Part shown: piece by piece, positions 1-13,520 of the stretch
How the letters are laid out: every line of letters starts with the position of its first letter
How positions within the stretch are numbered: position 1 is the first letter of the stretch
Source of the DNA: Chrysomallon squamiferum
Taxonomy: Eukaryota > Animalia > Mollusca
Assembly (NCBI GenBank): GCA_012295275.1
Contig: CM022665.1
Coordinates: forward strand, 12,400,001 to 12,464,000
DNA length: 64,000 bases
Direction of reading: 5' to 3'
Position numbers and translations under genes: made by a program
The notes under the pieces: generated by a model
Told to the model about the DNA's origin: nothing
The model's input: only the letters and a program-made list of their open reading frames with translations
The model's database searches: none

Positions 1-87
1 ATTTCCATTTCTTGTATTTGATGAGTAAGAATATTTCAATAAATAGTGTATGAGGTCATTAACCTTCCGTTGCTTTATATCTTTTTT

Positions 88-861
88 CTGCTACTACTGC
101 TACTACTACTACTAATACCAATACTACTGCTCCTATTACTACCTCTGTTGCTACTACTACTACTACTAATACAAATACTAATACCAATACTACTGCTCCT
201 ATTACTACCTCTGTTGCTACTACTACTACTACTAATACAAATACTAATACCAATACTACTGCTCCTATTACTACCTCTGTTGCTACTACTACTACTACTA
301 ATACAAATACTAATACCAATACTACTGCTCCTATTACTACCTCTGTTGCTACTACTACTACTACTAATACAAATACTAATACCAATACTACTGCTCCTAT
401 TACTACCTCTGTTGCTACTACTATACTACTAATACAAATACTAATACTAATACTACTACTCCTATTACTACCTCTGTTGCTACTACTACTACTACTAATA
501 CAAATACTAATACCAATACTAATACTACTACTCCTATTACTACCTCTGTTGTTGTTACTACTACTACTACTAATACAAATACTAATACCAATACTACTGC
601 TCCTATTACTAACTACTATACTACTAATACAAATACTAATACTAATACTACTACTCCTATTACTACCTCTGTTGCTACTACTACTACTACTAATACAAAT
701 ACTAATACCAATACTAATACTACTACTCCTATTACTACCTCTGTTGCTACTACTACTACTACTAATACAAATACTAATACCAATACTACTACTCCTATTA
801 CTACCTCTGTTGCTACTACTATTGCTATAACGGTAACCATTTTTATAACTGCTACAACTAT

Positions 862-915
<54 letters not shown>
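88..915. repeat. 66-bp minisatellite (about 11 copies) built from CTA triplets, ending in (CTA)n(CTG)n
   Basis: The unit ...ctaatacaaatactaataccaatactactgctcctattactacctctgttgctacta... recurs with a 66-bp period, seen as 22-aa periodicity in the ORF track; later copies vary in length. Confidence 0.92.
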
Positions 916-3146
916 AATGCTCTACCCTGTTACAGAACATCGTAACCAGCAACATTAAATATTCATATAATTCAAAACATCGTCAGTTCCGTTAGGTTAC
1001 TTTGCTTTTGGAACCGATGCACCTAAAAGCAAATTACAACAAAAAAAAAAAAAAAAAAAAATCATTCTTAGCAATCATTTCACACAATATTGTTTACTCC
1101 GGCAATGTTTATTTATTTAATATATCCTCAAGGTATTCGTTTTTTTTTATATTATTCTTTTGTTCCACCACTTGAATCTCCGCGCTAATCAGCGGAAGCA
1201 TTAAATTTTTACGTCACGAGAGCGGAAGTTCATGAAAAATGTAGAAGTCTGATTTTCTTCCGAAGAGATGTATTACTGTCGACTCTAATCCGGACGGAAA
1301 GACGCGAATAAATGAGTACGTTATTGTTATGTTTTGTAAATTATCGGTTTTTATATATTATCGGTCTCCTGCTGATAACAAAAAACTTTCGGATTAATAT
1401 CAGATTGGATTTGATCCAAGAATAATGATAATAATAATAAGAAGAAGAAGAATAAGAAGAAGAAGAAGAAGAAGAAGAAAAAGTAAATTGTTTTACATGA
1501 ACCTAAAAGGTATATTCTAAAAAAGATAAAATATATGTATGATTTAAAACATATGATGTATGTATGAATTTAAATATGTATGTATGTATGTATATATGTA
1601 TGTATGTATGTATGTAATAAATTGTGATTACGTGTATGTCTATGGACGTATCAAGTACGTACGTGCCTATATATGTCTATTTGTATTGTTTTATATTTAA
1701 AGGAATTTAGGAAAAGCATTCGGCATACTAAACTAGAACGTAGCCTAACATTTATCAAACTGTCAGGATGCTAACATTTTAACAGGCAGAAAATATTTTC
1801 ATTTTATTTTTATTTGACCTTTATTCATATTTGGGACAAAGATGCTGTAGTCTTTATTACTGGAAATGCCTTTCCACTTATACACTAATTTTATCGACTA
1901 AAATTTTAGAACGTTCTTATTTTTAAACACTATGTGTTTCAAACTGTAAGTTTCAATGTTATAGCCAGACAAATATTTTGTATAAAAATGAAGGTATGCT
2001 TACAAAGTATTAAATGTTCTAAAAATATAGCTCAATAATACTATAGATCTTCCGTCTGAAATTATCAGCAAATAAGGCACATTAATATATAAATACATTT
2101 AAATCTATCAGAATACACATCTTTATAAACATTTTTTTTTTTTTTTTTTTTTCGCTATCCAGAATAGAAATATCAATTAACTTCATTTCGTTTCTATTTT
2201 ATTACTCTTGCAGAAAGAAATATTTGTTTACATTACTTTAGGAGCCGAAAAAAATTATGTATATAAATTTTAGCTCAACGTGCATTATCACGCTTTCAAG
2301 TTTGCCGATCTCGTGCATATTGCTGCAGCTTTCTACGTGTGAACGAAATTCGTTTTGACTGTTGAAATGTAAGCTGTCGTTTGATTACTGTTGACACTTT
2401 GTTCATTCTTGTTTGCCAGTGATGAAGACTGTGCTTGTCACATTTTTTTTTTTTTCTTGTAAGAGGCTGTATATATATTACCTTGAAGAATTTAAATTTG
2501 TAACATGTAGCAAATGTCGTATATGTTTCATTTAAGTTCAGCTGGCTTCATTTTTTTTACTTCGCAGCGCAAAGAAAAGAGATACATACATACAGTCATA
2601 AATACAAAGACCAAAAGTACGTACGTACATACATAGGTACATCTATAGGTACACAACAACACAACAACAGCCACAGGAAGAGATGAAGGAATAATGAAGA
2701 CTGTTGTAAAGGGAGAAAAATACAGAAAAGGCATCCATTTTTTTTAATTTAGCAACGCATTCAGTACTTTATCTATCTTTTTTTCTTTTATAATATTATA
2801 CGTAATCATGGTTAAGAATCACTCCGATAATAAAAGAAAAGAATTGCTATCGCAAAGTCATGTTCTACACTTTTGTGAAAAGCCGTAAGAGACTCTTTAT
2901 ATTTCCTTCCCATAAACAGGAAAGTACACGCGACGGCCTTTGAAAAGCAGGCGCGGAGCACTGGCTGAGAGTGAGATAAGACAGACACAAGAAAGAGACA
3001 AGAGAGGGCGAACAGAAACACTGCATGGGAATGTAGGGAGGGAGGATAGAGAAGGAAAAGATGAAGAGTTTGTTTAAATGATAATAAGAGTGGTCGATAG
3101 ACAATAAGACAGAGAGAGAGATTTTAGGGGAAAAAGAGAAAGCAAG

Positions 3147-3288
<142 letters not shown>

Positions 3289-4517
3289 TTTTAAAAATGT
3301 GGAAGTATGGAAGGCAAACAGAATATGAAGACAACAAGGTAGGTTTTAGGAAGGAGAAAAGATGAACTAAAGCGAACTGAGTTATTCGTATTTTCTTCCT
3401 GTGATCACAAAATCCTGCGCTTGTCTGATAAAATTTTCTTATAAGAGATTTAATAAATTCTGACATTTGGATTTTATCTGTGATCAATGAAATAGCAGCA
3501 ACTCATCAATTCTGTGTGTTTTTCGCTAATCACGCGCGACCCTGCGCACCAAATGTTCAAAATAAAGATTAATCGCTTTCTGTCATTTTGTGGCTGCTCT
3601 TAGAAAAATTATGCAGTACAGAAAGTTGTGAATTAATCTGTGAAAAGTTAAAATATGAAGACCTCTAAGAATAGTAACTCACGGCATGTTAATGTCGACT
3701 ATTTTTTTATCTTGGTGATTCGAAACAGCTAAAAAATGTGAATACTGCTTTTCAGTGATGGAGAAATTGTTTGATTTTATTGTTTCGTTAAATTAGTTGA
3801 AGTTTATTTTACTCCATTCTGGTCAGCTTATTATTTTTATTTTATTTATTTTAAATCTTGAAAACTTTATTCTATCATCATCAATAAATCATTCCTTTTA
3901 ACAGCATTATCATTTTCATTTCAATTTAAAATAAACAACAAAAAAAACCCAATTCTAACAAGCTTTCATTGACAAAATATTAATAATTTATGCATTATCC
4001 TGGCACTGTACTACAGCAATATGACGCATCGTATGATAAAGAGTGTACAAAGTAACTTCTAAAGTAAACAGTCTCTACATTAATAAAATATAAGTTTCGG
4101 TTAAATACAACAAAGAAGATTTAGCTACAGAAGTTAAGATCAATAATGACGTTGCTTTATATGTTTCGAATTTCGTTTCATAAAGATAAAAGATTTTTTG
4201 GTTCAGATAGCTGGAGTCAGATTATTTCCTATTCGTAGCTTGTCTTTAACGATTTGTCGAAGCATTTTCTTTGAATCCAAGGTGTCAACCATTCATTGAT
4301 TTCAGGTTAACGATGTAGCAAAAGCCACTTGTCATGAATGAAACATATTAGCAATTCATAGCTTCGGGTTAAAACTGCTTTCATGACTAAAGAATGACAA
4401 ATAAAATTAACTTGTTTGTTGATTTGTTCCATGCACCGTGGTGTGTTTTAGTCCGAGCAAAAATGTGACATTATTAGTACGTTGACTTCAGGCAGGAGTG
4501 AACAACTCTTTGATATA

Positions 4518-4569
<52 letters not shown>

Positions 4570-4778
4570 ATTTATATATATGGGAAATGGGCTAAAGGTC
4601 TGTAGCAGGTTTACGGTGGGGGGTTTTTTGTTTTTTACTATTTCTACAGTAAAATGACAGAGGCTGTTTTCTACTTCTCTGGTAGAATATAATAGTCTCT
4701 CTTTTGTACTTCTAAAGCAAAATGACTGTCTTTTTTTACTTTTCTTTTCTTTTTTCTTTTTTACTTTTCTTTTCTTTT

Positions 4779-4825
<47 letters not shown>

Positions 4826-7099
4826 CTTTCTGAGCTTTTCTTCTGTTTCAGAATTATGCTGATTTTTTCTATCTGTGGTAGAATTACGGTGTTTTTGTTC
4901 TTTTTCTACTTCTATGTCAGTCTGACATTTATTTATTTATTTATTTATTTGTTTGTTTGTTTCGCTACGTGACCTCATTCGACCAAACGCTTCTCACATC
5001 GCTGGCTGTACAATGCTTTACCCCAACTTACAAAATACAATAATTTTTAAATTTAATATTTTTTAATTAAATAACCTACTAATACATCGTTTCTTTAACT
5101 TCGACAACGTAACTTTGCAAGCTGAACATCCACTCTTTATCAGGAGATTCACAAAATACGATAATCAAAATCTGGTTCAGCCAGTGAGTGGATGAGAGAG
5201 AAGTCAAAATTAAATTTTTATTTCAGCAATTTCATGAAATTAACGTTGACCATTGAAATACTTCCGAAAAACGCCTTGTTAACAGCAAACCTCCCTAGCC
5301 GCTGCGATTTGGTTCCTTTCTCTTTCATGACATTACACACTGAACTACTGAGACTTTCCACGTTTTGAATAATGTATAACAATACAGTATACGAAGCGAT
5401 GCCGTTGGATGTTTGTTCTAGCCCATACGTGTTGTCTACTTATTAATTTACCTTTGTGTAATGCCTCTGTAAAGTGTTTCTTTACAGTTTTCCATAACGC
5501 TTCAGTATACATTTCCAAACTGTACACGTAAACAAATTATTTCTGTACATTTTATAGTCTTTCTAAACTGGTTGCATATACCTCTGAAATACACGTGTGT
5601 ATAATTTTTCAAATAGCTTCTGTTTAACTGTAAGTCTGCAAATTGGTTCTGCTTAATTTTGCAAATTCGTTCACTATAGTTTCCAAAATGCTTCGCGTAC
5701 ATTTTTAAACTGTTTGTGAATAGTTTAGTTAAATTGGTTGTATGCAGTTTTCTCTCAGGAAAACAAATTGCGAACTGCTTTTTGGTTTGTTTTTTTTTAC
5801 CAAATAAATTTTCTCTGATGGCCTTGAGATTTATCGTTACAAAACAAAAAAAATCAATTTAAAAAAAAAAAAAACTGTTTTACTTTCGTGGTCATAAATT
5901 TGTAACAGGGTAAAAAAAATTAAATATTTTTACTTCTGCAGTTATTTCACCATATGTTAATTTCTTTACTGTTTTTGTCATGTACTTTTTTTTCTCCTTT
6001 TCTGTTGTTTGTTGTTTTCTTTCCCCTATTTTTATTCATGCTGGGTTTTTTGGGGTGGTTTGTTGTTGTTGTTGTTGTTGTTATTATTATCTTTTTATTT
6101 ATTAATTTTGTCTCATTTTTGACTTGTTACGGTTGGTGGTTTTATTTTCATTTTTTTTAAATTATTTTTCTTTTATTATTGATCGTTTTAACTCCTTAGT
6201 TATATATTATTTGTTTATTTGTTTGTTTATTATTCCTCTGATTAGCTTTTTGTTTTATCATTTTTGTTATAGTCTTTACTTCAGATTTAGTTTGTGCTTT
6301 TATTTACAGTTGTGTATAACTGCTTTTTCTCTTTTCGTTTTGTTTAAAAAAAAAAAAAGAAGAAGAAGAAATAAAACAATTCTCCTTCTGTGTAATCCGA
6401 TCGTCTTGTTATGCTCTGGTTTATTCGCACGGGGAAACAGGAAAATAGGTCTTCTAGCACAAAAAAAAAAAAAGAAAAGAAAAGAAAACTAACAAAAACA
6501 AACATGATCAATTATACTGATCGCGCTATTGCAAACTAAAAGTTTTTACAAGTGTTTTTATTGTATGTTTTGAATCCCATTCCATAACCTCATCCATTCA
6601 GCCCTGGATCAGTGCAGTTAAACCCAGAGTTACTTTTGTTCAAAAGTCTGCGTCGTTTTCAGTATTCAGTTGGAACTGGAACATGTTAAGTTAATTTCGT
6701 ACAAAAGGCTTCTATTATAATGCTCAGATATACGATCCAGAAAACAGTATTATCTATAAAAGACCAGCCTATGAGTCTATGAGTTTTATAGTTAAGAAAA
6801 CAGCGTCTTTTATATGTGTACCAGACGATTTATGCCGCCTCTAGAAAACAGTAATTCCCGCAAAATTGACTATTTCAAAGTTGTTTTTTTTTTTTTTGTT
6901 TTTTTAAAAAAACTGTTTTAGAAGTGTATTTATTTATGTCTGTTAAATAGAGTTTCGTTCTTTATTTTTCATTGTTTATTTTATACGTTAAGAATAAGCC
7001 TTGGTCGAGAGAACCCGAAAATCCAGAAATCTTATTCATCTCCGGTCCCAAGCTTGCCGAATTTTCTCAACTATGCTTAAACTAGATGTTTCCTAATAA

Positions 7100-7800
7100 G
7101 TGGTGAGGAATTTTGGAGTTAGCCAGTGGGTCGAGTTTTTTCTTTTTCCTTACGCCAGTCATGGGCAAACTGCGAACAAAAATAAAAAATCAGCTTTTCT
7201 TGTTTTTTAAGCAGATGCTTAAGCGTATGGTCTTCTTCAGAGAAAATGGTTGAGGTTCCTTCAACGAAAAATGAGTAATTGCGGTCCGGTTGATGATGAG
7301 CCATGTCTCATGCAGCCTGCTTCTCGAAAAAGGGTTTTCATGTCTGTCTTACGTCGACAGATAACTGACACTACAAAATCAAATATTCGTGTTTTTGTCT
7401 TCTTCTGATCAAGACCCGTTTCTTTTGAATCGTTAGTTACTCGATACCAGAGCAGGATCTCAACATACACTAAACAAGCTGCAACTAACGGCATCACAGA
7501 TAGATGCCTCCAGTAATTTGAATTAACTTACTCTTTGTTAATATTTACCAAGGGTGGTCTTAATACCTTCTTGAAGCATCGAGTCTCCAGTCGTCAAAAC
7601 CTTGCCTTGCCACGAACAGAACTGAGACTAGTATCAAACAGCGGTGTCTGTTAAATTCGATAACTTAACAGTTTGGAGACAGATGCTTCAGACTCGTCAA
7701 ACGTGTCGAGTACAAGTTCTTGTCTTCAGTCGGATTCAAATAAACCAAATTATCTGTGACATATTTAAAAGATTACGTGGGTTTCAGACGATGTGCAGCG
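7100..7800 (-). mobile_element. Highly decayed RTE-like LINE ORF2 3' portion
   Basis: Minus-strand fragments in different frames but in the expected order (YVTDNLVYL, ICLQTVKL, HRCLILVSVLF, RLETRCFKKVLR, WYRVTND, RRK...AGCMRH) resemble the post-RT region of RTE LINEs (FxYLGS...LYRSLVLSVLLYG...FEMRCLRRIL...WxDRVTNEE...WAGHVxR). Recognised by eye only. Confidence 0.45.
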
Positions 7801-10662
7801 TCTTGTTTGTAAACATCTTCCAATAACCAGATTATCTGTTCATAAATTTAATTAGCTTGTGCAACAGGTTTATTACGAAATGATAAATTGGTTTTGTTTT
7901 TTGCGTTACTGTCAAAGACAAGCTATTGTTTTTTAACTAGTACGTTTTAATAGAATTTATATCTCAGTGTACTGACTTTGTTACCGCCATAATTCATAAT
8001 CATAGGTGGACGTTTAGAAGCCGGATTAATGTTAATAAATTTTAACATTTTCGTTTGTATTTTTTTATATGAGTGCGCAAATTAAATTAAACATTGGTGA
8101 ACATTTTGGCACTGCAATAAGAAATTGTTAACTTGTTTATCTGTGTAAAATTTCGGACAATTACACTTCACTATCTCTCTTAACCAAACAGTCTCTATAT
8201 GTCTAACATTTAGCATTTATCCTTCAGAGGACAACTCTGTTATGCTTTTCGTAGGCAAACCTTTGACATCGCACCAAGACAAATATTTATATATTTATTT
8301 ACCTATTTGTCTGTCGTCCCAGTTCTGGTATTTATCCCACTTATTTGTTAGTCTCATCGTGTCCATTAAATCTGTCCGCACGTCTGCATGCCATTTATTT
8401 ATCTGTCTGTCTTCCTCTGTTCTTTTAGCATCTTAATTCCCGAAGGTCATTGGAGCATATATTTTGGTCTAATAAGTCTGTATTTTTTGTTTAATTTTTC
8501 GAAAAGCCGTCGCAATTAAATCTAATTCGTTAAACTGTGCTCTGGAAGTCACATAAATCATGCTAGCAATTACGCTGATGATGGCAGTACGCCGTCGATG
8601 AAATGCAAATTGTCTGTTTTTATTGCCTCTACGGTCCACGAGGTTTGTAAAGACTGTAATTCTACGCTTAAAAAAAAAACCAGGATCATCTCCAGTAAAG
8701 TAGGATGTTGCAAAATACCTCTCTTCTTTCGACCATCGCGAATTTTCACACTGATTTTGTTTCCTCTGAAGAAAAAGGATGAATGGATGCATCGGCGAAG
8801 CCTGCTAGAGATTGTACATGCACTGTCAGACATTAAAACAGATACACATACATACAAAACACATTAAATAAAAATAACGATGAAACGCTTTTAGATTGGA
8901 TCTTGAGTCTTGCAACAGAAGTCTGTGCTAGATGTTTGATTCAGATAATATCGACGATAAACGGAAATGATAATAACAACAACAACAACAATAATAATAA
9001 CTACAACAACAACAGTAATAATAACAATAATAACAATAACATTAATAATAATAACAGTGTATTGTGCATAAACAAGGAGATTATGATAACAGATTTTGCT
9101 GTCTTCTTATATTGTCACTAACAATTACTTTATTTAATTAGCAGTTAACCATGTCTCGTGTAAGATTTCTTACTAGTGATGTGAAACTTTTCGACATTGT
9201 GACATGTTCCCATGGTACACCTAAAATCTGTACTAAAAAACTTCGGGTTTATTTTATTAATTCATGCGCTGACCTTTAAAATGCACCACGTCTTTGTGAA
9301 GATGTTACAAATTAAAAATGTAACTCAATCAGCTGTTTCATTTTGTTTTTATTTTTGTTAAAGGTTAACGAAGTAAAAAAGTAATATCGTTATTGTTGTA
9401 ATGGCTTAATAGAACTGTAAAGAAGAAAAAAAGATAATGTAATTTCCTTTCTTTAATATCTGTTTTTCTGTTGTGTTTAGTAAGTGTTTAGGATCATTTC
9501 CTTTCGTATTTTATTTCTTTAACTCTTTTTTTTTATGGTTTCAGAAATGTTAGTTTTGGTTGGAATGTTAAATGCTGTTATTTCTTTCCTTGATTTTTTT
9601 TTTTTTTCTTTTAGTTTTATATTTATTTATTTATTTATTATTTTCGAAATTTTTGATACGGTTGGCATATATCAAGTGCAGTTATTGTTGTTGTTGCTGT
9701 TGTTTAGTATTACAAAAAAATTTGGATACAGATTCACTTAGATTTAGTATTGTTATCGTATTGTTTTCCATGACATGCACGATTTCTTTTTCTTCTTCTT
9801 CTTCTTATTTTTTTAACCTTCAGACTAAACTTTAGACTAGTTGACATACATATTTCTTGTGGAATGCTAGCTGGCTGGTAATTGCTAAGAGTGGCAAAGA
9901 GATAGATAAACATTTTGTGCGTGTCATGATTCGCTGTTTTACCGAGTCTAAACTTTAGACTACAGTTTCGTGTTGCAAACTGGACGTCAGAAACAAACAG
10001 CAGTCATAACATGCATTTAGACGATTTGTTCCTATACAATCACAGCTACCTATTAAAGTATAGCCTTTGATACTTTCTTCTATAGTTCCGATATCTGTTC
10101 GTCGTACAAAGATTAGAATTAATCAGACATGGGCCAAGTTACAAATGTTATATTGATTTGCCATTAGCTTGTTTAGTCATTCCCAAAACACTGTACCATG
10201 TGTGTGTGTACGGCACCACTGATCAAGAGAATTCATATTTGTCGTGAATTTATTTACATTATTTCCATGTGAATTTGACATGTGTATCATGTGTGGAAGT
10301 ACGATAATGAATTGTTTTCGGGTCCTGTTTTCTTTTACGACTATTTTCCTCGAAGGCTAAACGCGTTCATTGTTTCTTCTCTTTTATACGACAGGGTCAG
10401 ATTCATTAGCGTTTGGTTCAGCAGAAAAGGCGAGATAAAAACATCTGGTTCACGGGTTATAAAGATTTCACTTTGTTGATGAATTATGCAGATATGTAAC
10501 GACTGAGCCAGATAGAGTATCTTTTATATTAATATAATTATTATTAGAAAATTAATATTATTTCTCATGTATTATATATTATGAATGAATGGACACGTAC
10601 ATAGATACAAACATAATATATAAACATAATATATACCTACACAGGCATGCAAACAAACACGT

Positions 10663-10698
<36 letters not shown>

Positions 10699-10853
10699 CA
10701 ATGATTGTTACATTCTATCATGCGCATATTCCTGTGCGTATTTAAATTTTTACTGATTAATAAACAAATTAGGGAAAGCATGAAATTTCTTTTTATTGTT
10801 ATTATTTTCACTATCACCTTCTAGTCCTTGAAAATAAATCTTTAATACAAAAA

Positions 10854-10958
<105 letters not shown>

Positions 10959-11243
10959 GAGAGAGAGTGAAAAAAGGCTTGATTAGATGACTAATTTGAT
11001 CGGGAAATTGATCTGTAATTGGCTTTATCCTGATGATCACAGACTCCGTCGTGTTTTAACGGAAATCAAAGTTTAGTTACACTCATCTGATACAGGTAAT
11101 TATCTACCTTTTCTACGTGAATTACGAAGATTGCACACGGTTAAAATTATCTCTCTTTTTCAAGTATTTATTTCTGTTTTTAAGCTGTACAAATTTCCCA
11201 TGTATTGTTCAAGAATATATTCGAAAACAAGTAGGTACTTATG

Positions 11244-11355
<112 letters not shown>

Positions 11356-11363
11356 CAGACACA

Positions 11364-11397
<34 letters not shown>

Positions 11398-11464
11398 TAA
11401 CGTCTCCGATATCTTCAAAAAATACATACAGACAATATTTTAATATTCTTGGTCTTTCTTTATC

Positions 11465-11531
<67 letters not shown>

Positions 11532-11931
11532 CGTCATGTTTTGTGGGTTATTTTTGGATTTTGGTTTGTTTTTGTCAAATCATTTTTTATATATATATAT
11601 ATATATATCATTTAACCACATCCTGCTTCATATGGATAAAAAAAAGAAAAAAAAGAAGTAATAACACAAAGAAAAAATTAATTAAAAAGAAAAAAATACA
11701 CCTACGCGTTGTATTTTCGCTAAAGTAACGGCTTTTAAGCGAGAAGTTTGATTAATTCTGAATGACTAGTTCCGCTTTTTTTTTTTTTTTTTTTCTTTTT
11801 TTTTAAAAACTTTCAAAGAATATTAAGTGACCCTAATGCTATAAAGGAGGATGTTTATCAAATTCACTGATATGAATCCCGTATTACGTAATAAATTAAT
11901 ACTCTGAACTTTTAACAAAAATGAATGTCTA

Positions 11932-12258
11932 CGCATTTTAATGTTAACGGCTGCGTGATGTCAAACTTACGTTCCCTGTCTGATAAACATTTCAGGAAGA
12001 TGAAATCCGCTGTGGTCACTTTATATAACACATTTATCGACTGACAACAAAGGATATATTACTAACACGACGAGTTGCATAAAAAATGAAAAGTGTTAAC
12101 TTTTTTACGACATCTTCATGCATTTTAATTTTAGCGCTTATTAGATGTCAGTCATACATTTCTTTCACGATGAAGATTTCACAAAGATTAAATCCGCTTT
12201 GGCCATTCTGTACAGTACTTTTATCGACTGACAGCAAGAGATCGTTTTAATAAGCACC
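11932..12258. repeat. Diverged two-copy direct duplication (period about 188 bp)
   Basis: gcattttaat...gatgtca...aaatccgct...tttatcgactgaca occurs colinearly at about 11933-12068 and 12120-12258. Confidence 0.75.
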
Positions 12259-12299
12259 TTCCCTTAGACAGGATAGAATAAACCACACCCATAGATATA

Positions 12300-12340
12300 C
12301 CAATCACAGAGTTCCCTGGTTCGAATCCGCGACCGTTCGT
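12300..12340 (+). mobile_element. Possible tRNA-derived SINE head remnant (Pol III B box)
   Basis: GGTTCGAATCC at 12318-12328 in a T-arm-like context (gttccctggttcgaatccgcgac). No A box or cloverleaf found. Confidence 0.3.
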
Positions 12341-12836
12341 GTTTTCTGCTTTTACTTGTAGAACTGAGTTAATATACCGGAATCCGTGAGTTTGTAACCT
12401 GATCCAAGAAGTGGATTTAAGTGTACGAAAAACGTCTATATATCTTTTCTTGGCCTATCCGTAAAGAAGACCATAGATACCTCATCGGACTCTCTATTTT
12501 TGAATCCAGATAAAAATCTCGAGCAAAAAATAATTGTGTCTGTTGAAATGACTACTGCTTTTGTTTTTCTTGTTTTATTTTTCTTTCTTTACCATTTCCT
12601 TTTTTAATTATTCTTGCTCTGTTCTTTATCAAGTAGCTGTCATATTATTTGATTTAATGCTTCTATAATCAACGCTTTTATCTCAAACTTAAGTCAAAAC
12701 AAGTTGCTTGTGAGTTTGTAAGACTTTTTTTTTATTTTTCTGAAAAAGTTATATCTTAAAGTTTTAATAAAGAAGTCTTTGGCGAAGTAAAAGATGGTAT
12801 CGCGACAGGCATGTTTCAACAGTTCTTTGGTGGAAC

Positions 12837-13520
12837 CCATTAATTACTCACAGTTATGCCATTAATTACTCACACTAATACTGTTAATTGCTCACACTAA
12901 TACTGTTAATTGCTCACACTAATACTGTTAATTACTCATACTAATACCATTAACTGCTCACACTAATACTATTAATTGCTCACTCTAATACCATTAATTA
13001 GTCACACTAATACCATTAATTACTCACATTAAAACCATTAATTGCTCACACTAATGCCATTATTACTCACACTCGTGCATTAAATGTCAAGTTATACTCA
13101 TTACTTACTGACTCTCGTAGACATTCACACTTATATTTATTAATTATGCCGATTAATTACTCGTACTGATTAATTACTCACGCTCATATTCGTTAATTAC
13201 TCACACTTATATTCATTAATTATTCACATTCAGATCCGTTTTTCACACTCATTCATACTCATCAACTGATTACTCATACTCACATCAGTTAACATACTTA
13301 TTAATTACTTACGTTCATATCTATTAAATATCAAACTCATACCGTTAATTACTCACACTAATACTCATTAACTATTCTAACTCAGATCCGTTAATTACAC
13401 TCACTCACGCTCATCAGTTACTCACACTCATATCAGTTGACATAAATGATTACTTACTCACGTTCGTACCTATTAATTTAACTGATTACTCACACTTGTG
13501 CTTATTAATTCCTCATACCT
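12837..13520. repeat. 22-bp minisatellite (ccattaattactcacactaata), about 11 good copies followed by a degenerate extension
   Basis: Clear 22-bp period over 12837-13075; the ttaattactcacac core persists to about 13520. Confidence 0.9.

Noticed and set aside
46-955. Long Leu/Val/Ser-rich ORFs (up to 298 aa) on both strands
   Set aside because: Translations of a 66-bp CTA-derived minisatellite; open only because the unit is a multiple of 3 and lacks stops in some frames.
12290-12345. tRNA gene suggested by GGTTCGAATCC
   Set aside because: No acceptor stem, D-arm/A box or anticodon arm can be built; at most a SINE remnant.
12837-13075. CRISPR-like appearance of a regularly repeated 22-mer
   Set aside because: Units are head-to-tail with no unique spacers, there are no cas genes, and the context is a eukaryotic intron.
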